Source: Torpedo marmorata (taxonomy: Eukaryota). Taken from it: 64,000 nucleotides of DNA. A program made the translations under genes and the position numbers. Location of the stretch: positions 47,926,001 to 47,990,000 of the forward strand of contig OZ360229.1 of NCBI GenBank assembly GCA_977017645.1, written 5' to 3'. Below the pieces are notes generated by a model that worked only from the letters and a program-made list of their open reading frames with translations, ran no database searches and was not told where the DNA came from. Below are positions 24,738-38,621 of the stretch, in pieces; position 1 is the first letter of the stretch, and each line of letters starts with the position of its first letter.

Positions 24738-26094
24738 GGGAGTGCTATTTTCTGCAAACTACTGAACCCAAAGGTGAAGCAACCCTGTGTCTTTAAGTAA
24801 CACAGCAAGTCATTTCAGTGGCTACCTCATCCTGATTAACTTGGTAGTTTAGACAATCAGTGCAAACACTGGGTGTCCAGTTAAAACTGCATTAGGGTCT
24901 TATATTAATTTCATTAATCAGGATTCTACTTGTGCCCAGCAGTTTCATTTTCACTCGACCAATCCATTCAGTCAAAATGGCAGTCAGCAGGTTTACACTG
25001 GAATGGACAATGTTACTTTTGATAAATTAACAGTGTGCCAGGAACTTAATTATGTCAAGGATAATGTTAACATGTGGTTACTTATCTCCTTTCAGACAGG
25101 TAATTAAATGGAAACCTGCATGATCGGGTAAATAGCTTAAACTCAGATAAAAGAGTGGCAGTTATATTATTCTGTACTTTTAATGAAAATGGCTTGTGGC
25201 ATTCAGGGGAGATTAAGCATTTAGTCCTAGCGCAGGTAACCCGAGGACATAAATGGCAAATTTGCATTGAGAGCATGTTCAAATTCTGATAGCATTAATG
25301 AAAGCAACCATTTCTCACCTGGGATGCAAAACAGTGAGAACATAGAACAACTATAAAGCACAGAATAGAACACATCACAGATTTGGGAGCCTTTTTTGAC
25401 TGTTTTATGGCTCCTGTCGGTCAGAAGGATGAAGAAATTTAATGGTCAACTTTCATCGTAACCCCATCAGATTTATATGTCCACTAAGATGGACAGAACA
25501 CAACTGAAGATAACATAAACAGGAAATACTGGAAACACACGTAGGTCAGGAAGCATCTGGAAAGAGAATCAGTTGATGCTTCAGGTCCTAGACTCTACAT
25601 CAGAACCTGAACTGTTAACTGTTTCTCTTTCCACAGATGCAGCCAGACTTGCTGGATATTTTCAGCATTTCTTATATTTATTTCAGATTAACAGCATCTG
25701 CAGGGTTTCACTCCACCCCCACCCCAAGGGAAAAATAATGTGCTGCTATGGTTCTCAGAAAAACATTCAACATGAACTTTGTCATTGCAGCAAATTCAAC
25801 AGGCATTGATAAAAATCATTTACGGGTTTGGCTGTCTCTGGAGAGATGATTTTTTTGATTTTCAGGAAAGTTAGCAATTCCTTTCACATTTTATTCGCAC
25901 AACAGTTGTGTAAACATTTCCATGGGGGCAACTTTACAACACAAACCACTTATGAGGGCAACTTATGCGTAACAAACTCTATCTATTCATGTGTAACCAG
26001 ATACTGATCTTGTTCGTCACTTTTAAAAACACAAATAGCTCTTAGTGCTTCCTCACTGTCTTCTCATTGCTCCACTAACCACATTTCTGATCTG

Positions 26095-26830
26095 CATTTT
26101 CAACAGGCTCAATATCTCCCAAAGGAGGATCCAGTGAGGAGGGGCTGATTGGCAGATAGAGTTTGGTGGGGAGGGGGAGGGTGGAGGCAGCAAGAGGCTG
26201 GGACGTGATAAGAGGAGACAACAAAGGGCTGCAGATTTTGGAATTTGATTATAAAGGAAGGTGGTGTAGGTCCAACTAAGGTAGGGAAGGTGGGCAGATA
26301 GGAACAGTGGAGTGAAGGGATAAAGGATCCTGTGGAAGGAGTGTGTGGCTGACAGGCAGATGAAGTAGGTCAGGGGAAAGACAAGAAACAGCAGGCTTGG
26401 GAGTGATTTTTGAAAAGAAAGCTTGTGAGAGGAGTTGGGTAGATCAGAAGGAGAGATAATGGTACAGAGGGACAACGGGTTACAAGAAACTGCAAAATTC
26501 AATGATCATACTTTGGGTTGACCAATGACCTCCAATTTTAGGCAACCCACTCCCCCTCTGTCCATTTCTCTCTCCTCCTGATCTAACCAGCTCCTCTCAC
26601 ACACACTCTTCTTTTCAAACCCAACCCCACCCCCTTTATCTAATCTTTCTCTTCCCCTCACCTACACCATATGCCAATTCCCTTTTACTCTTTCAGTTCA
26701 GATGAAGGGTTTCAACCCAAAACGTCCACTGTCCCTTTCCATCCACAGATGCTGCATGAACCATTGAGTTCTTCCACCACTTTGTTTTTTTTTTGCTCCA
26801 GATTCCATTATCTGCAGTCACTTGTGTAAC
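26095..26830. mobile_element. Penelope-like remnant plus terminal short repeat
   Basis: Purine-rich PLE-type DNA similar in style to 6940-7770; CAGATGAAGGGTTTCAACCCAAAACGTC at ~26699. Confidence 0.55.
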
Positions 26831-27281
26831 TTTATTAATTTCTCCCAATTGTCTTTTTTTTTTAAGTAGTCGAGTCTCCCTCCTGTTGATTAAAGAATTT
26901 TACTTGAATGCTTCCGTCACACTCAATAGCCAAAAGGACCCTATGGAGCCCCTGAGGCAGGTCAAATATTGAACACCAGAGTTTCACAATGGTGAGACCT
27001 TCTCCCCATTAGTATCCTCAAATGGAAATCCATTGTTCAACCAATCAAGATCAGAAAGCTAACACCATGAGCATTAGGACCCTGTGAGTGTGGACCAAGA
27101 ATAAACTTCATGGGACAGAACCATACCTTGCAGGTAGTTGTGGCAGCAACAGTAGCAAGTACAGGTAAGCAGCCAGACTGGCCAGCCATGCATCATATTT
27201 ACACTGTTACATCTCACTGGAATTCCCTGAGCATCGTGCATTTCAATGAAAATTGTTATTTTCCTTTTCCCATAGAGCTTT

Positions 27282-27461
27282 TTGTAAAGTGTCTTTAGAG
27301 TGTAAACCCTTAAAAGCCACATTGATTTGTTTTATAATTATTGTAAAGTGTCTTTAAAAGTGTAAAGCCTTAAAAGCCACATTGATTTGTTTTATAATTA
27401 TTGTAAAGAGTCTTTAAAGTGTAAAGCCTTAAAAGCCACATTGATTTGTTTTATAATTATT
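27282..27461. repeat. Tandem repeat, ~59-bp unit x3
   Basis: TTGTAAAGTGTCTTTA..GTGTAAA.CCTTAAAAGCCACATTGATTTGTTTTATAATTA repeated three times. Confidence 0.95.
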
Positions 27462-27543
27462 CTTCACTGTACAATGTTCCATAGAAATTGTGAAATTTAC
27501 TTCTGTACACAAAATGAGAATAATTGGCTTGCCTTATTATCAG

Positions 27544-29013
27544 AAATTAAATGTAACACCAATGCCTTTATAAAGGTGTGTCTGTCAAAAGTCATAATTA
27601 AGTTGTGAATATGCAGCCAAGAAATACAAGGGCCATGTTACCTCAGGCTATGCAGCGACACAAAATTTAACAGGGTTGGTTTCAATTATTTCCCATCACT
27701 TAACCTCTCAGCTTGGTTCACTTCCAAACCTCCATCACCGAGACACCTAACAAATGTTCAATCCCAACTTCCAATCATTGGCAGACTTTTGTGACAGGTG
27801 ACTGACCAAATTCTGTTTCCAGGTAACCGACTCTCTCTTTTGGTCACAGGCCAATAGACTCTTTCTTCCAATTCCATGCCACTGATTCAACTGCACCTTA
27901 AGTTCCAACTTGGTTATTCCCATTCTAATATCCACCATTGTCCAACATAATTGGCATAATTATCAGTTCCCTTCTCCTTCACATGTACATCAGGACTTCC
28001 TTAAACTGCAAGGATACTGTTCACTTCAATGACTAACTGTGATAGTGAGCTGCCTATTCTCACCAATCTTTGTTCAGAAAGTTTCTTCTGAATTCCTTGT
28101 TGGAAGGTGGAGGAGTTGAGATGTGAAAAAATGGCGAGTCTGTGAGCGTGACTGTGTCCTTCTGTGGCTTGACTGATTTGTGAGGCAGCTTTCTCAGTTT
28201 AGTGAGGGCAATTTTACGAGGTTGAATTGACTTGGGAGTGCCTTTGTCATGTCGGAAATTGATGCAGCAGTAAACAGTTTAACGTCCACCCAGGGACTTT
28301 TTTTTTAGTTGCAGCAGTTTGGTACATCTGTGTAGCTTCATGGGTCATTTCAGGAGGTAATTAAGAATCAGCCACATCACTGTATCTCCAAAATCACTTA
28401 AAGCCAAGCTAGTCAGAAGTATTTTTGTACAGATTTCACAAAAAATGAAAAGAGGTTTTCATTTCTTATTATTCAGATAACTGAATTTAAATGATCAAGC
28501 TACCTTGGTGGGATTTAAACTTATGTCTCTGCATCATTATTCCAGGCACCTTGATTGTTTGTAACACAACCACTAAGTTAATGCTCCCTTATGCTTTTCA
28601 ACTCAAAGACCACATTTGGCATTCGGAGTTATCAAAATGAACGGTTGTCAGATGGAAGAAGTTTGCAAAGTGCTCCATGGTCAAATGGGGAGAGAGTTGA
28701 TTATTGTGGGCAAAGTGTTTTACACACTAGCTTCAAACAATCAAAAACAACTTTCATAAATACTGCTTGCATAATTAACAAAAGCATTTAGAGATTAAAC
28801 ACTATTATGTTCAGTAATAATGGAATTGACAAGACCAAAAGTAAGTCCACACATGGGAAAGAAATCGTTTTGTTTTTCCTCTCTGTCATAATAAAGATGG
28901 CAACAGTTGGATGACTTTTACTGTGAGTTTAATCCTTCTACATCTCTCAAAGCTTGAAGAAATGACTTTTGACAGACACACCCTTATAAAGGCATTAGTG
29001 TTACGTTTCATTT
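27544..29013. repeat. 52-bp inverted repeat pair (27544-27595 and 28962-29013)
   Basis: 48 of 52 bases identical in inverted orientation. Confidence 0.9.
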
Positions 29014-29029
29014 TCATCCCCTCAATAAG

Positions 29030-29605
29030 TGTCAACATTGGGTCATTGTACGCATCTCGAGGAAATGGTTGAAACCATGCAGAGAAGTATGGATGTGAGA
29101 GCTGGTCATGGAGATGGATCAGAATGAGGGGTGTGATAAACAGAGGGGATACCATACTGTGAAAATATTTCTGAAGGGTAGAATGAGATTGTCTATGATA
29201 GCAGTTGAACAAAGGACAAGGAAATAACCCAAGCATAATCTGCTGAAGGAACTCAATGGGCCGAGCAGCATCAGTGGGAGAACAAGAATGGCCAATGTTG
29301 CCAGCCAGAACCCTTCATCAGTGCTGAGAGTATGGAGGAGAGAGAACTGGTGTAATGAAGTCAAGATAGGAGTAGTAGGCATGCTTCACCTCACCCTGGT
29401 CCACCAATCCCTCACTGGCCCTGGCCCTCACCTTACCACCCTCATGGCACCAGCTCTCTCCCCTCCACCCTCTCAGTCTTGATGAAGTCTCTGGCCCACA
29501 ACATTGACCATTTTTTTTCTCCCACTGATGCTGCTTGACCCACTGAGTTCCTCCGGCAGAGTGTGTTTGGTTTCAGATTCCAGCATCTGCAGTCTCCTGT
29601 GTGTC
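29030..29605. mobile_element. Penelope-derived inverted-arm element
   Basis: GGAACTCAATGGGCCGAGCAGCATCAGTGGGAG arm is inverted against CTCCCACTGATGCTGCTTGACCCACTGAGTTCC; degenerate hammerhead-like cores in both arms. Confidence 0.6.
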
Positions 29606-30765
29606 TCGAGAAAAAGGAAATATGTTTTTTGAGTAATATCAGTGGTAAATTAACCACAAGTTACTGGCACTTACTTTTTAATTTTTGATCAATTTTATTA
29701 GTTGATCACCAGAAAATCACTATTAGAGTTTCCCATTAGCTTCTGGTCTATCGTAATTAAAGACCTCATAGAACTTCTGCAAAGAGCCATTGTAAATTAC
29801 TGAATCAAAACACTTGTTAAATGTGGATATTGTTTGCATGTCTTCGCTCATCCCTAATTGCCAATGAACTAAGTAGCAACTAAGAGTTCCAACCACATTG
29901 GTGGGTCTGGACATAGGCATAAAGCAGGTTTTTTAACTGAAAGAAATGAGTGAACCTGATATTTTTGAATAACATTCCAGCTGATTCGTGATTGCTGCTA
30001 ATGAAACTAGATTTGAAGTCAAGATTCATTTAATTTTCACCTGCTGTGGTGGAATTCAAACATATTAATGGTCCAGAATTCTGAATGTTCATCTCATAAC
30101 TTAATTATTTTCCCACTTTATCCCTCATGGCAAGCGTTAGATTAACTTTGACCAAATATTCAGCAAATAAATTAAAATTAGCAAGCTTCAGAGTTAGAGG
30201 GAGCAAAATTATTCAAAAGCAATCTAAACCAATTTAACTTGTCAATGATCCATCCAATATTTCAAAAAATTTAAGGTGACCAAAGGTTGTACAAACAGAT
30301 TTTCTCGAGATACACCTTTACTTGGGAAACAAATTAGAAACGACAGTTCATTCTTCTGTTTTTTTTTTCCTATTTTGTTCCCTTAACAGATTTTATTGTC
30401 CAATATTTGTAAGATCACTTAATCAATTATTGAGTGGAACCAAACTGTAAAAGCAAAAACTTTCTAAATATCTCCAAATGTGCTAAAGTATTGCTCCATT
30501 AATCATGAGCTTGAGTTGATTACTTTTGTGCCTCTGGTATATCACTTCAGCATAATTTGATTAAAAGATAAATTCAGAATAGAAGATTTATGATCTGACA
30601 ATGTATGCAATTTGAGCCTTTTTTCTGTAATTTTCAATAATCCTGAGCTATATTCTTATTGCGTGATACATTAGATCATTTTACACCAGTGAAGCTTGGC
30701 ATTTAAGGCTCTTGATAACTGAATAAAATCAAATAAGAATACATTTATGTAAGAGGTTTATTTTC

Positions 30766-30885
30766 TTTTCTTTTCAAAATATTTTTATTGAGTTTAATAG
30801 ATAAAACCCTATGTACATGGTCTTCTAGTTAATAACATAAAACAGGTCATATTATATATATATATATATATGATATGATATACAT
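30766..30885 (-). mobile_element. 120-bp L1-type 3' tail insertion containing (TA)n
   Basis: 12-bp TSD AGGTTTATTTTC at 30754-30765 and 30886-30897; minus-strand AATAAAAATATTTTGAAAAGAAAA end. Confidence 0.75.
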
Positions 30886-31326
30886 AGGTTTATTTTCAAA
30901 GGAATTGGTGTGGAATTTTATTACTTGCAAGTTAGTGCCTTGTTGTTTCATAATTGAAGTAACCTTCTGAAAACTTGTGGGTCCATGGGATCGAGTACTT
31001 GCATTTATCCATTCATTTGGAAATCACCAAATGGAGGCAAAACACCCAGAGATCACCTCGAATTGGATCTAGCACTCACCAGATTGAAATTTATCAGGTA
31101 AAACTCTGCCCAGTGGCACCACCTCCCAGCTTCCCTCCAAACACTGATCAAAAACACAAAGCTGCCCATAGACAGCAGTGCAAAAGCAACTGAGATGGAA
31201 AACTTAAATTATCATGCCCTTTAAGAACTGCAAACAAAAAAATAATAGCTTTATATCTGAGCAAAACAATATTTGTCCAATTTGAGCTCAGTGTTACAGT
31301 TTGGAGTCATTCTTGGGTTATAATTT

Positions 31327-32304
31327 TGTATTCCCTTTTTACCTCCGACTGCGTTCCTGTACATAGTACGAACTCTATAATCAAGTTCGCAGATGACACC
31401 ACGGTGGTTGGCCTGATCAGAGGGGGCGATGAAACGGCCTATAGGGATGAGGTTCAGCACCTGGCCTTGTGGTGTGCCGATAATAACCTGACACTTAATA
31501 CTCAGAAGACCAAGGAGATCGTTGTGGACTTCAGGCGTGCTGGAAGCCACACTCACGTCCCTATTTACATCCATGGAGTTGTGGTGGAACGTGTGTCAAG
31601 CTTTAAATTTCTTGGCGTCCATATTTCCGAAGATCTTACTTGGTCCTTGAATTCTTCAATGCTGATTAAAAAGGCACAACAGCGTCTTTACTTCCTGCGA
31701 AGCATGAGGAAGGTACACCTCTGTCCCAGGATATTGCTGGATTTCTATAGATGCACCATTGAGAGTGTACTAACATATGGCATCTCGGCGTGGTATGGTA
31801 ACTGCCTAGTACAGGACCGCAAGGTACTCCAGCGGGTGGTGAAAACTGCCCAGCGGATTATTGGCATGCAGTTGCCTACCATCGAGAACATCTATAGAGA
31901 ACGGTGTCTGGGCAGGGTGAGGAACATCATTAAGGATGCATCACACCCAAATCACGGACTTTTTACTCTTCTCCCATCAGGCAGACGCTACAGGAGCCTT
32001 CGCTCGCGTACCAGCAGGCTGAAGAAGAGTTTCTTTCATGAGGATGTGAGCCTGATGAACACTGAATCACAGCGCTGAGTGGTACTGCACTCACATTGTA
32101 ATATCAGTACTTTTATAATAGTTTGTTTGTTGAATAGGTTGTTGTTTTGTTGAATAGGTTGTTGTTGGTTTTAATTGCACATGTTTTACTGTGATGTATA
32201 TAGCACTATTTTTTAACTTCTGGTTGGATGCTAGTTGTATCTCATTGGCTTGTTTTGAACTGGTACAATGACAATAAAGTGTATCTAATCTAATCTAATC
32301 TAAT
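31327..32304 (+). mobile_element. Rex1/Babar LINE ((TCTAA)n family), 5'-truncated
   Basis: 250-aa ORF with KFADDT, near-identical to the C-terminal part of ORF 11923-13107. Confidence 0.93.
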
Positions 32305-32850
32305 AATTCCACTATCAATGGACCCAGCAGATCATTTCCAACCTCATTCTATATATTTTGCCATTTATATACTTTTTCAGTTTGTTGAGCAGTTAAGATT
32401 CCGAGTAATTCTGAGCTTACTTATTCTGGAAGAACATTAAAAAGTTGCATGATATCTGTATTCCCGATGGATTCTTAAATATTATAATCAGGCAATTGTA
32501 GAGTGTTCACATTGATGCACATAGACACACAGAGAGCTCAAACAATATCTGTCCATTTAATTCAAAAAGCTTCATTGGAGCTTTAACACACATTGCTGCA
32601 ACCAAGGGAATAGTTAGTCACAACACAATCCTTCAAGGGATGGCAGCTGAAAAGTAATAATTATTATTCACAATAAGCATGACATTTGTTGTAATTTTCA
32701 GACATTGCCTATGTGTGTTGTTGGATCAGAGGGTCAGAGATTCATGAAGTTGTACTGCATGGAAACAATGTTACATAACAAGTCCATGCTGACTAACTTG
32801 CCCATCTAAGCTGGTTCCATTTGCCGGTGTTTGGCCCATATTCCCATACC

Positions 32851-32875
32851 GTGTGTGTGTGTACATATAGAAACA

Positions 32876-32916
<41 letters not shown>

Positions 32917-33006
32917 GTACACACACACATATATACACATGCATATACAGGTATATGCGCACAAAAAAATATATATATATGTACATACATATACACACAC
33001 ACATAC
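32851..33006. repeat. Compound microsatellite (GT/CT/TA/CA) inside a CR1 3' remnant
   Basis: Direct sequence; flanks TTTGGCCCATA and CCTGTCC resemble a CR1 3' end. Confidence 0.9.
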
Positions 33007-33212
33007 CTGTCCTAATGACTTTTCAATCATGTAATTTTACCCACCTCTACCAATTCCTCTAGCAGCTCTTTTCATACATCTTCCTCCCTCTTTGCTATGT
33101 AATGAACATGCTTTTTGTATTCTTCTTTCCTTCCCGTACTTCTCTCTCACCGTGCTCATTGGAGTATAAAATGACTCAATTGTTTTGATGACCTTTCTGG
33201 TTCCCTGCTTGT

Positions 33213-33455
33213 CTAAATTTAGACATACAGCACAGTAACAAGCCCTTCTGGCCCACGAGCTTGCAACCCCCCAAATACACCAATTAACCTACAATCCCCG
33301 TACGTTTTTGGAGGGTGGGAGGAAACCAGAGCACCCAGAAGAAACCCACGTTGTCACAGGGAGAATGTACAAACTCCTTAGAGACAGTGCCAGATTCAAA
33401 CCTGGATCGTTGGTGCTGTCATAGCTTTGCGCTGACCACTATACTAACCATGATT
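33213..33455 (-). mobile_element. V-SINE
   Basis: Homologous to 20886-21137. Confidence 0.85.
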
Positions 33456-34242
33456 CCCCACGGTTTCAATATTACTATTGACATCATAGATATATTGAAG
33501 GAATATTAAATTAGACTCAATTTGAGTAAACCAAAGTGCACTATTTTTCTGAAAATATACTCATTGAAAATATCAAATCCAAAAACATTATTCTCAGCTG
33601 TATTTCTGAAGCAGTGAGTAAACATCAAAAGCCCTGTGAATTTAAAGATGACCACATCTCCTTTCTCTTTCTTCAAATAGATATCAGAGAAGACAGAAAA
33701 AAAACAACTTGCAGAAATAATGGACTGTGTTGTCAAATGAACTTTTAATAAGCTGTGCTTATGAATGGTGTGCAGGACTTCAACAACTAAATGGTTTCCC
33801 ACCCAGGTTGCAAGTGCCCTAGTTGAACAGTTGGACCCCAACTGCTTTCACATACAATGTGGAACAGTGTACTTTTCCTGCAGTTCTTTTGTGAAGAACA
33901 TCAATGCTACCTGTGGACAAACAATGAAAGCACAGTGGCAAGGTTGGAAGTCAAGGCAGACTTGTATGAAAGATTGCTACTTATGTAAGGCACGGGAGAG
34001 TGACTTGGAGAAGGTATTGGTCATGCAAATCAATAGTCATGACACCCGATGTGTTTTTATGATGCAAGAAAATGCAGGGAGACCACCTTCGCGATGAAAA
34101 TTTCTCGCTTCCCAGAATTGTCCAAGAAAACCAATGGAAGGAGTTTATCAAAATACAGCAAGGCACCACTTATGCAGTGTACACTGCAGAGGAAAATAGA
34201 GGGTTAATTACTGTCACTTCAACAGTAGCGGACAAGTGCAAT

Positions 34243-34506
34243 TTAATTTAATTATTTAAAATTTAATTTAGACATACAGCATGGTAACAGGCCCTTTCGG
34301 CCCACGAGCCCGTGCCGCCCAATTACACCCAATTGACCTACAACCCTCGGTACATTTTTGAATGGTGGGAGGAAGCCGGAGCATTCGGAGGAAACCCGCG
34401 CAGCCACATGGAGAACATACAAACTCTTTACAGACAAAACGGGATTCAAACCCCAGTCCCGATCGCTGGCGCTGCAACAGCGTTGTGCTAACCACCACAC
34501 TAACTG
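34243..34506 (-). mobile_element. V-SINE; its 5' tip is interrupted by the GC-rich element
   Basis: Homologous to 20886-21137; AACTG occurs at 34502-34506 and 35356-35360. Confidence 0.87.
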
Positions 34507-35355
34507 ATCAGTGATGGCAGCGCTGCCGGAGCCGCTGTAGCGGCAGCGCTGCTGCTGGTGCGGACCCGCGGGGAGCATGGGAGCGGAGATGCAACGCTCC
34601 AGCGGGGTCCAGCCACCACGTCGACTGCCATTGGTTCCGCACGGGCTTTGAACGGCCTGTTAAAGGAGCCAATGGTGGTTTTATTTAAGATCCCGCGACC
34701 ACGGGGTCTGCGCCCAAGATGGCAGCGCCTTTTAACCAGCAGCAGCCACAAGGGGCTGCAGATTCCGGGGAAGCGGAGGACTGGAGCAGGGCACCAGAGG
34801 TCGGGAAGATCACCCCCCGTCTGAGAAGGAGAAGTGGAGGAGACGACTCACGGGACGGTGACCACGGCGGCGGACCGGTGAGGGGCTCTGAGGCTGAAGG
34901 ATCAGTGCATGCGGCGGGCTGCTGGTGACTCGAGGCGAGGAACCCGCGGAGGCTGTGGGCTGCTGGAGACTGCTGTCGGAGGACTCACGCCGGGCTGCGG
35001 ACTGCTGGAGGCTGGCTCGAACTGGCTGGAGGAGTACCAGATATCGGAACCGGGATGCGAGGGGTTGCTGAGGGCAACCTGACCGTGTCGGAGGTTCGGA
35101 TCTGGAGCTCGGGTTGCCGATCGTTTGGACTGGACTCTGTGTGGCTGCGGAAACGCTGGAGGTGAATCTATGGACACTCGGTGACTCTGGGGGGACTCAC
35201 TTTTGCTTCTCTTTTTCTGACTGTAAGGAATGTTAGAGGCGCTCAGGCAATTTCTGCCGGTGGCGAATCTGTCTGCCTTGCGGCAGGCAAAAAGAAATTT
35301 CATGGAATATGATACTGACTTATTACTATGACAATAAATTGAATCTTGAATCTTG
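34507..35355 (+). mobile_element. Apparently full-length GC-rich non-autonomous retroelement with Rex1-type tail
   Basis: Colinear with 17375-18220; GATGGCAGCGC start; internal CAAGATGGCAGC; TATGACAATAAATTGAATCTTGAATCTTGAA end. Confidence 0.85.
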
Positions 35356-36047
35356 AACTGTGTGATACCGTCATGCAGCATTGATACTTCAAGAGAACTG
35401 AATGTAAATCTGAATGATCCTTTTTCAAGTCCAATTATATATTTCATAGATATTCACATCACACTTGTATTTCATTGGATAGTAACCGACTGCACTTCCT
35501 ACATTAAAAACCAGTGACTCATTTCCTGGTCTTAAAAGCACTTTAAGGAATGCTGAGCTTTTGAGAGATTCCATCGAAATGAAAGCTTGCTCTGGGTAGA
35601 CTTACAATGTGTTTCTGAATTTATGTCAGTTGGACTGATTTTTTTGCCAATTCAGCTCATTGTAGCTCTTCATTGGAATAGCCTGGAATATTAGAGAGTT
35701 TATTGAGAAAGGTAATAGTTTTAGAACTCCCTGAACAATATCATGCAGCCAGCAATCTTGGTATTTAACTTTTGGTTTTCTGATTACTTTAACTCTCTTC
35801 AGGATGGGACCATTCCTGGGAATTTTGGGCCAGTGCACATGGTCAAATCTCTTTGATGTTATTGTTCATGGGATGTTGTAATGCAAAAGGGTTCATTGAT
35901 TGGAAAGTGGCAAGGAAAATATGATCCAAAGCTGAAGAGTTGCACCATAGGAACACTCAAAAAGGTACCAATTCATTGAAATAATGGATAGTGGTCACCA
36001 ATTGCAAAGAAGTGTAATTAATTCCATTTTGTGTTTTAATAGATTTT

Positions 36048-37432
36048 CAAATTCAAGTTCAAGTTTATTTATCATCCCATTGCACAAGTACAACCCAATG
36101 AAATAGCGTTCTCTGGTCCTTGGTGCAAAACATGCAAACACACAACCAGAAATAACACACATACAGACAAGCAATACATATGCAGGAAAAATCTAAAAAT
36201 AAATAAATATTGTTTAATAAATAGTAGAGTCTCGGATGGATAGTGTGAGGAGTTCCTTTAGTCGTTCAGCATTCTCACTGCCTGTGGGAAGAAGCTGTTC
36301 CTCAGCATAGTGGTGCTGGCTCTGATACTCCTGTATATCTTTCCTGAAAGGAGCAGCTGAAAGATGCTGTGTGCAAGGGTGGTAGGGGTCCTCAATGATT
36401 TTGCACGCCCTCTTCAGACAAAGATGTTGGTAGATCACATCGATGTGGGGGAGGGAGACCTTGGTGATCCTCTCTGCCACTCTTATAGTCCTGTGGATTT
36501 ACCTCTGATCCACTTCTCTACAGCAATCATACCACACTGTGATGCAGCCGGCCAGAACACTCTCAATCGAGCTCCTGTAGAAGATTGACATAATGGTGGC
36601 CAGTAGCCTTGCCTGCTTCAGTCTTCTCAGGAAGTGCAGTCGTTATTGCAACTTCCTGACAAGTGAGGAGATGTTGTGTGTCCAGGATAGGTCACTTGTT
36701 AAGTGGACTCTGAGGAACTTAGTGCTCTCTACTCTCTCCACTACTAAGTTATTAATGTGTAGTGGAGGGTGGTAATTCCTGGTCCTCCTGAAGTCCACAA
36801 TCATCTCCTTCGTCTTGCTAATGTTGAGACTCAGGTTGTTATTCTCACACCATGTCACTAGATTTTCCACCTCTTCTCTGTAGTGCAACATCATTGTTGC
36901 TGATGAGTTCAACTACTGTTGTGTCATCTGAAAACTTGATGACTCTGTTTGAGCTGGATCTGGCGATGCAGTCGTGGATCAGTCGCGTGAACAGGAGCGG
37001 ATGAGTACACAGCCCTGAGGTGTGCCAGGGCTCAGCATGACGGTGCTCGACGTTTTACTACTGACTCGGGCAGACTGTGGTCTTTCCGTGAGGAAGTCCA
37101 GAATCCAGTTACAGAGAGAGTTGTTGAGTCCCAGTGAGGACAGCTTCTCTACCAGCCTCTGGGGAACGATCGTATTAAATGCCAAGCTGAAGTTGATGAA
37201 TAGCAGCCTGGCGTGTGAGGCGTAGTTTTCTGGGTAGATCAGGATGGAGTGAAAGGTTAAGCCTAAAGCACCATCACCAGAATAGTTTCTTCTGTAGGCA
37301 AATTGAAATGGGCCCAGTGCCTTTGGGATGTGTGCTTTGATGCATTCTATCACCAGATGCTCAAAGCATTTTATAATGGTGGAGGTCAGTGCCATGGGGT
37401 GGCAGTCATTAAGGCCTGTTTCTGTCACCCTC
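36048..37432 (-). mobile_element. Rex1/Babar LINE, same family as 2240-3610
   Basis: [36 protein letters not shown]; (CTTGAA)n tail. Confidence 0.9.
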
Positions 37433-38621
37433 TTTGTTGTGCATGAAGATTTTTGCTCCAATCCAAATATATAAATTGGGTACCAAATATAATTTGCAGC
37501 TACATGACAAAAAAAGCTATTCCATTTGTTAATATTTTGAGAAGATTCACCGAAGGAAAAGTTCCAAACAGAATCCACTAATCAGGTGATATTGTTGTCA
37601 GCAATCAATTAATCAAAATGGCCATTTGTTTCAGCATTATGAGATTACAAAGGCTGATATTCTGGTAAATGCACCAACTGTAATCCATAATACTGGACAT
37701 TCCCTTGGCCACAATACTATGGCCTTTGTATCAACATACAAGTCGGTTTGCTTGAAGAGTTGCAACTGCCAGATATCGTTCATAAATTCCACAGCAATTG
37801 GTTTTGGCAGCTACTGTTCAACCAGACAGCTATTGGTTTACAGGGTCAGCATGTTTATTCCTCAGCTTGTCAAAATTGTCATGCTCAGAATCAAACTTCT
37901 TTCACAAGCATACACTTTCTGACAAATTGGATCTTTTGACTTTCACCTGCTTATCGTTTAAATATTTAAAGCTATAATGAATCTCCAATACTTTTCATGG
38001 AAAATCCTAAACATATAAAATCATGTTTTAACTTATGTTTGTCGACCATGAGTCTTTTAGTTTCCGATTTTATTTAAGTTTGTTTTGCGGTCGCAGATAT
38101 TTTTTTTCCCTACCCCTTCCCAACCCCTAGACTTAAAAGTTTCCTGTGTTTACATGCTGGCTTACACCCCAATAGACTACTCTGCTTTTCAAATGCAAAC
38201 TAATTCCCTAATTCTGCCCCCATCTCAAGGGAAATCTTCACATTGTCCTCACCACTTCATTCTAGATTTCTCCTCTTTCTGCAATTCTTTCCCAAGAGGG
38301 CAGCAGTGAGACAAAGTTGGCAAATTGCAAACTTTTGAACGCTCAATTAACATATAAAATTTAAGACCAAATTCATCTTTAATAATGAACCTGAAAATTG
38401 TTGTACAATTTGATATATTCCCCCTTCTCTCTCTTTCTTTCAAAGCCTGCCCAAAGTGTAACACTTTATACATCAATATTTCCTTCATACATCTGTAATG
38501 AAAATTAGCTGTGAAAAATCATCTGGTTGTACGTGTGACCCTCCTCCATCACCAAAGGCCAACCTACCACACTAACAGAGAAAATACAGCGCTACTAAAT
38601 CACCGAGGTATAATTGACTGC

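Noticed and set aside
27282-27461. CRISPR-like repeat array
   Set aside because: Head-to-tail units with no unique spacers; eukaryotic context; no cas genes.
32793-33034. YI/CV-rich ORFs
   Set aside because: Translation of dinucleotide microsatellites.
33884-33984. Plus-strand AG...GT-bounded open segment (similar candidates at ~18558 and ~37635-37664)
   Set aside because: Open in more than one frame or very short, with no recognisable protein; consistent with chance.
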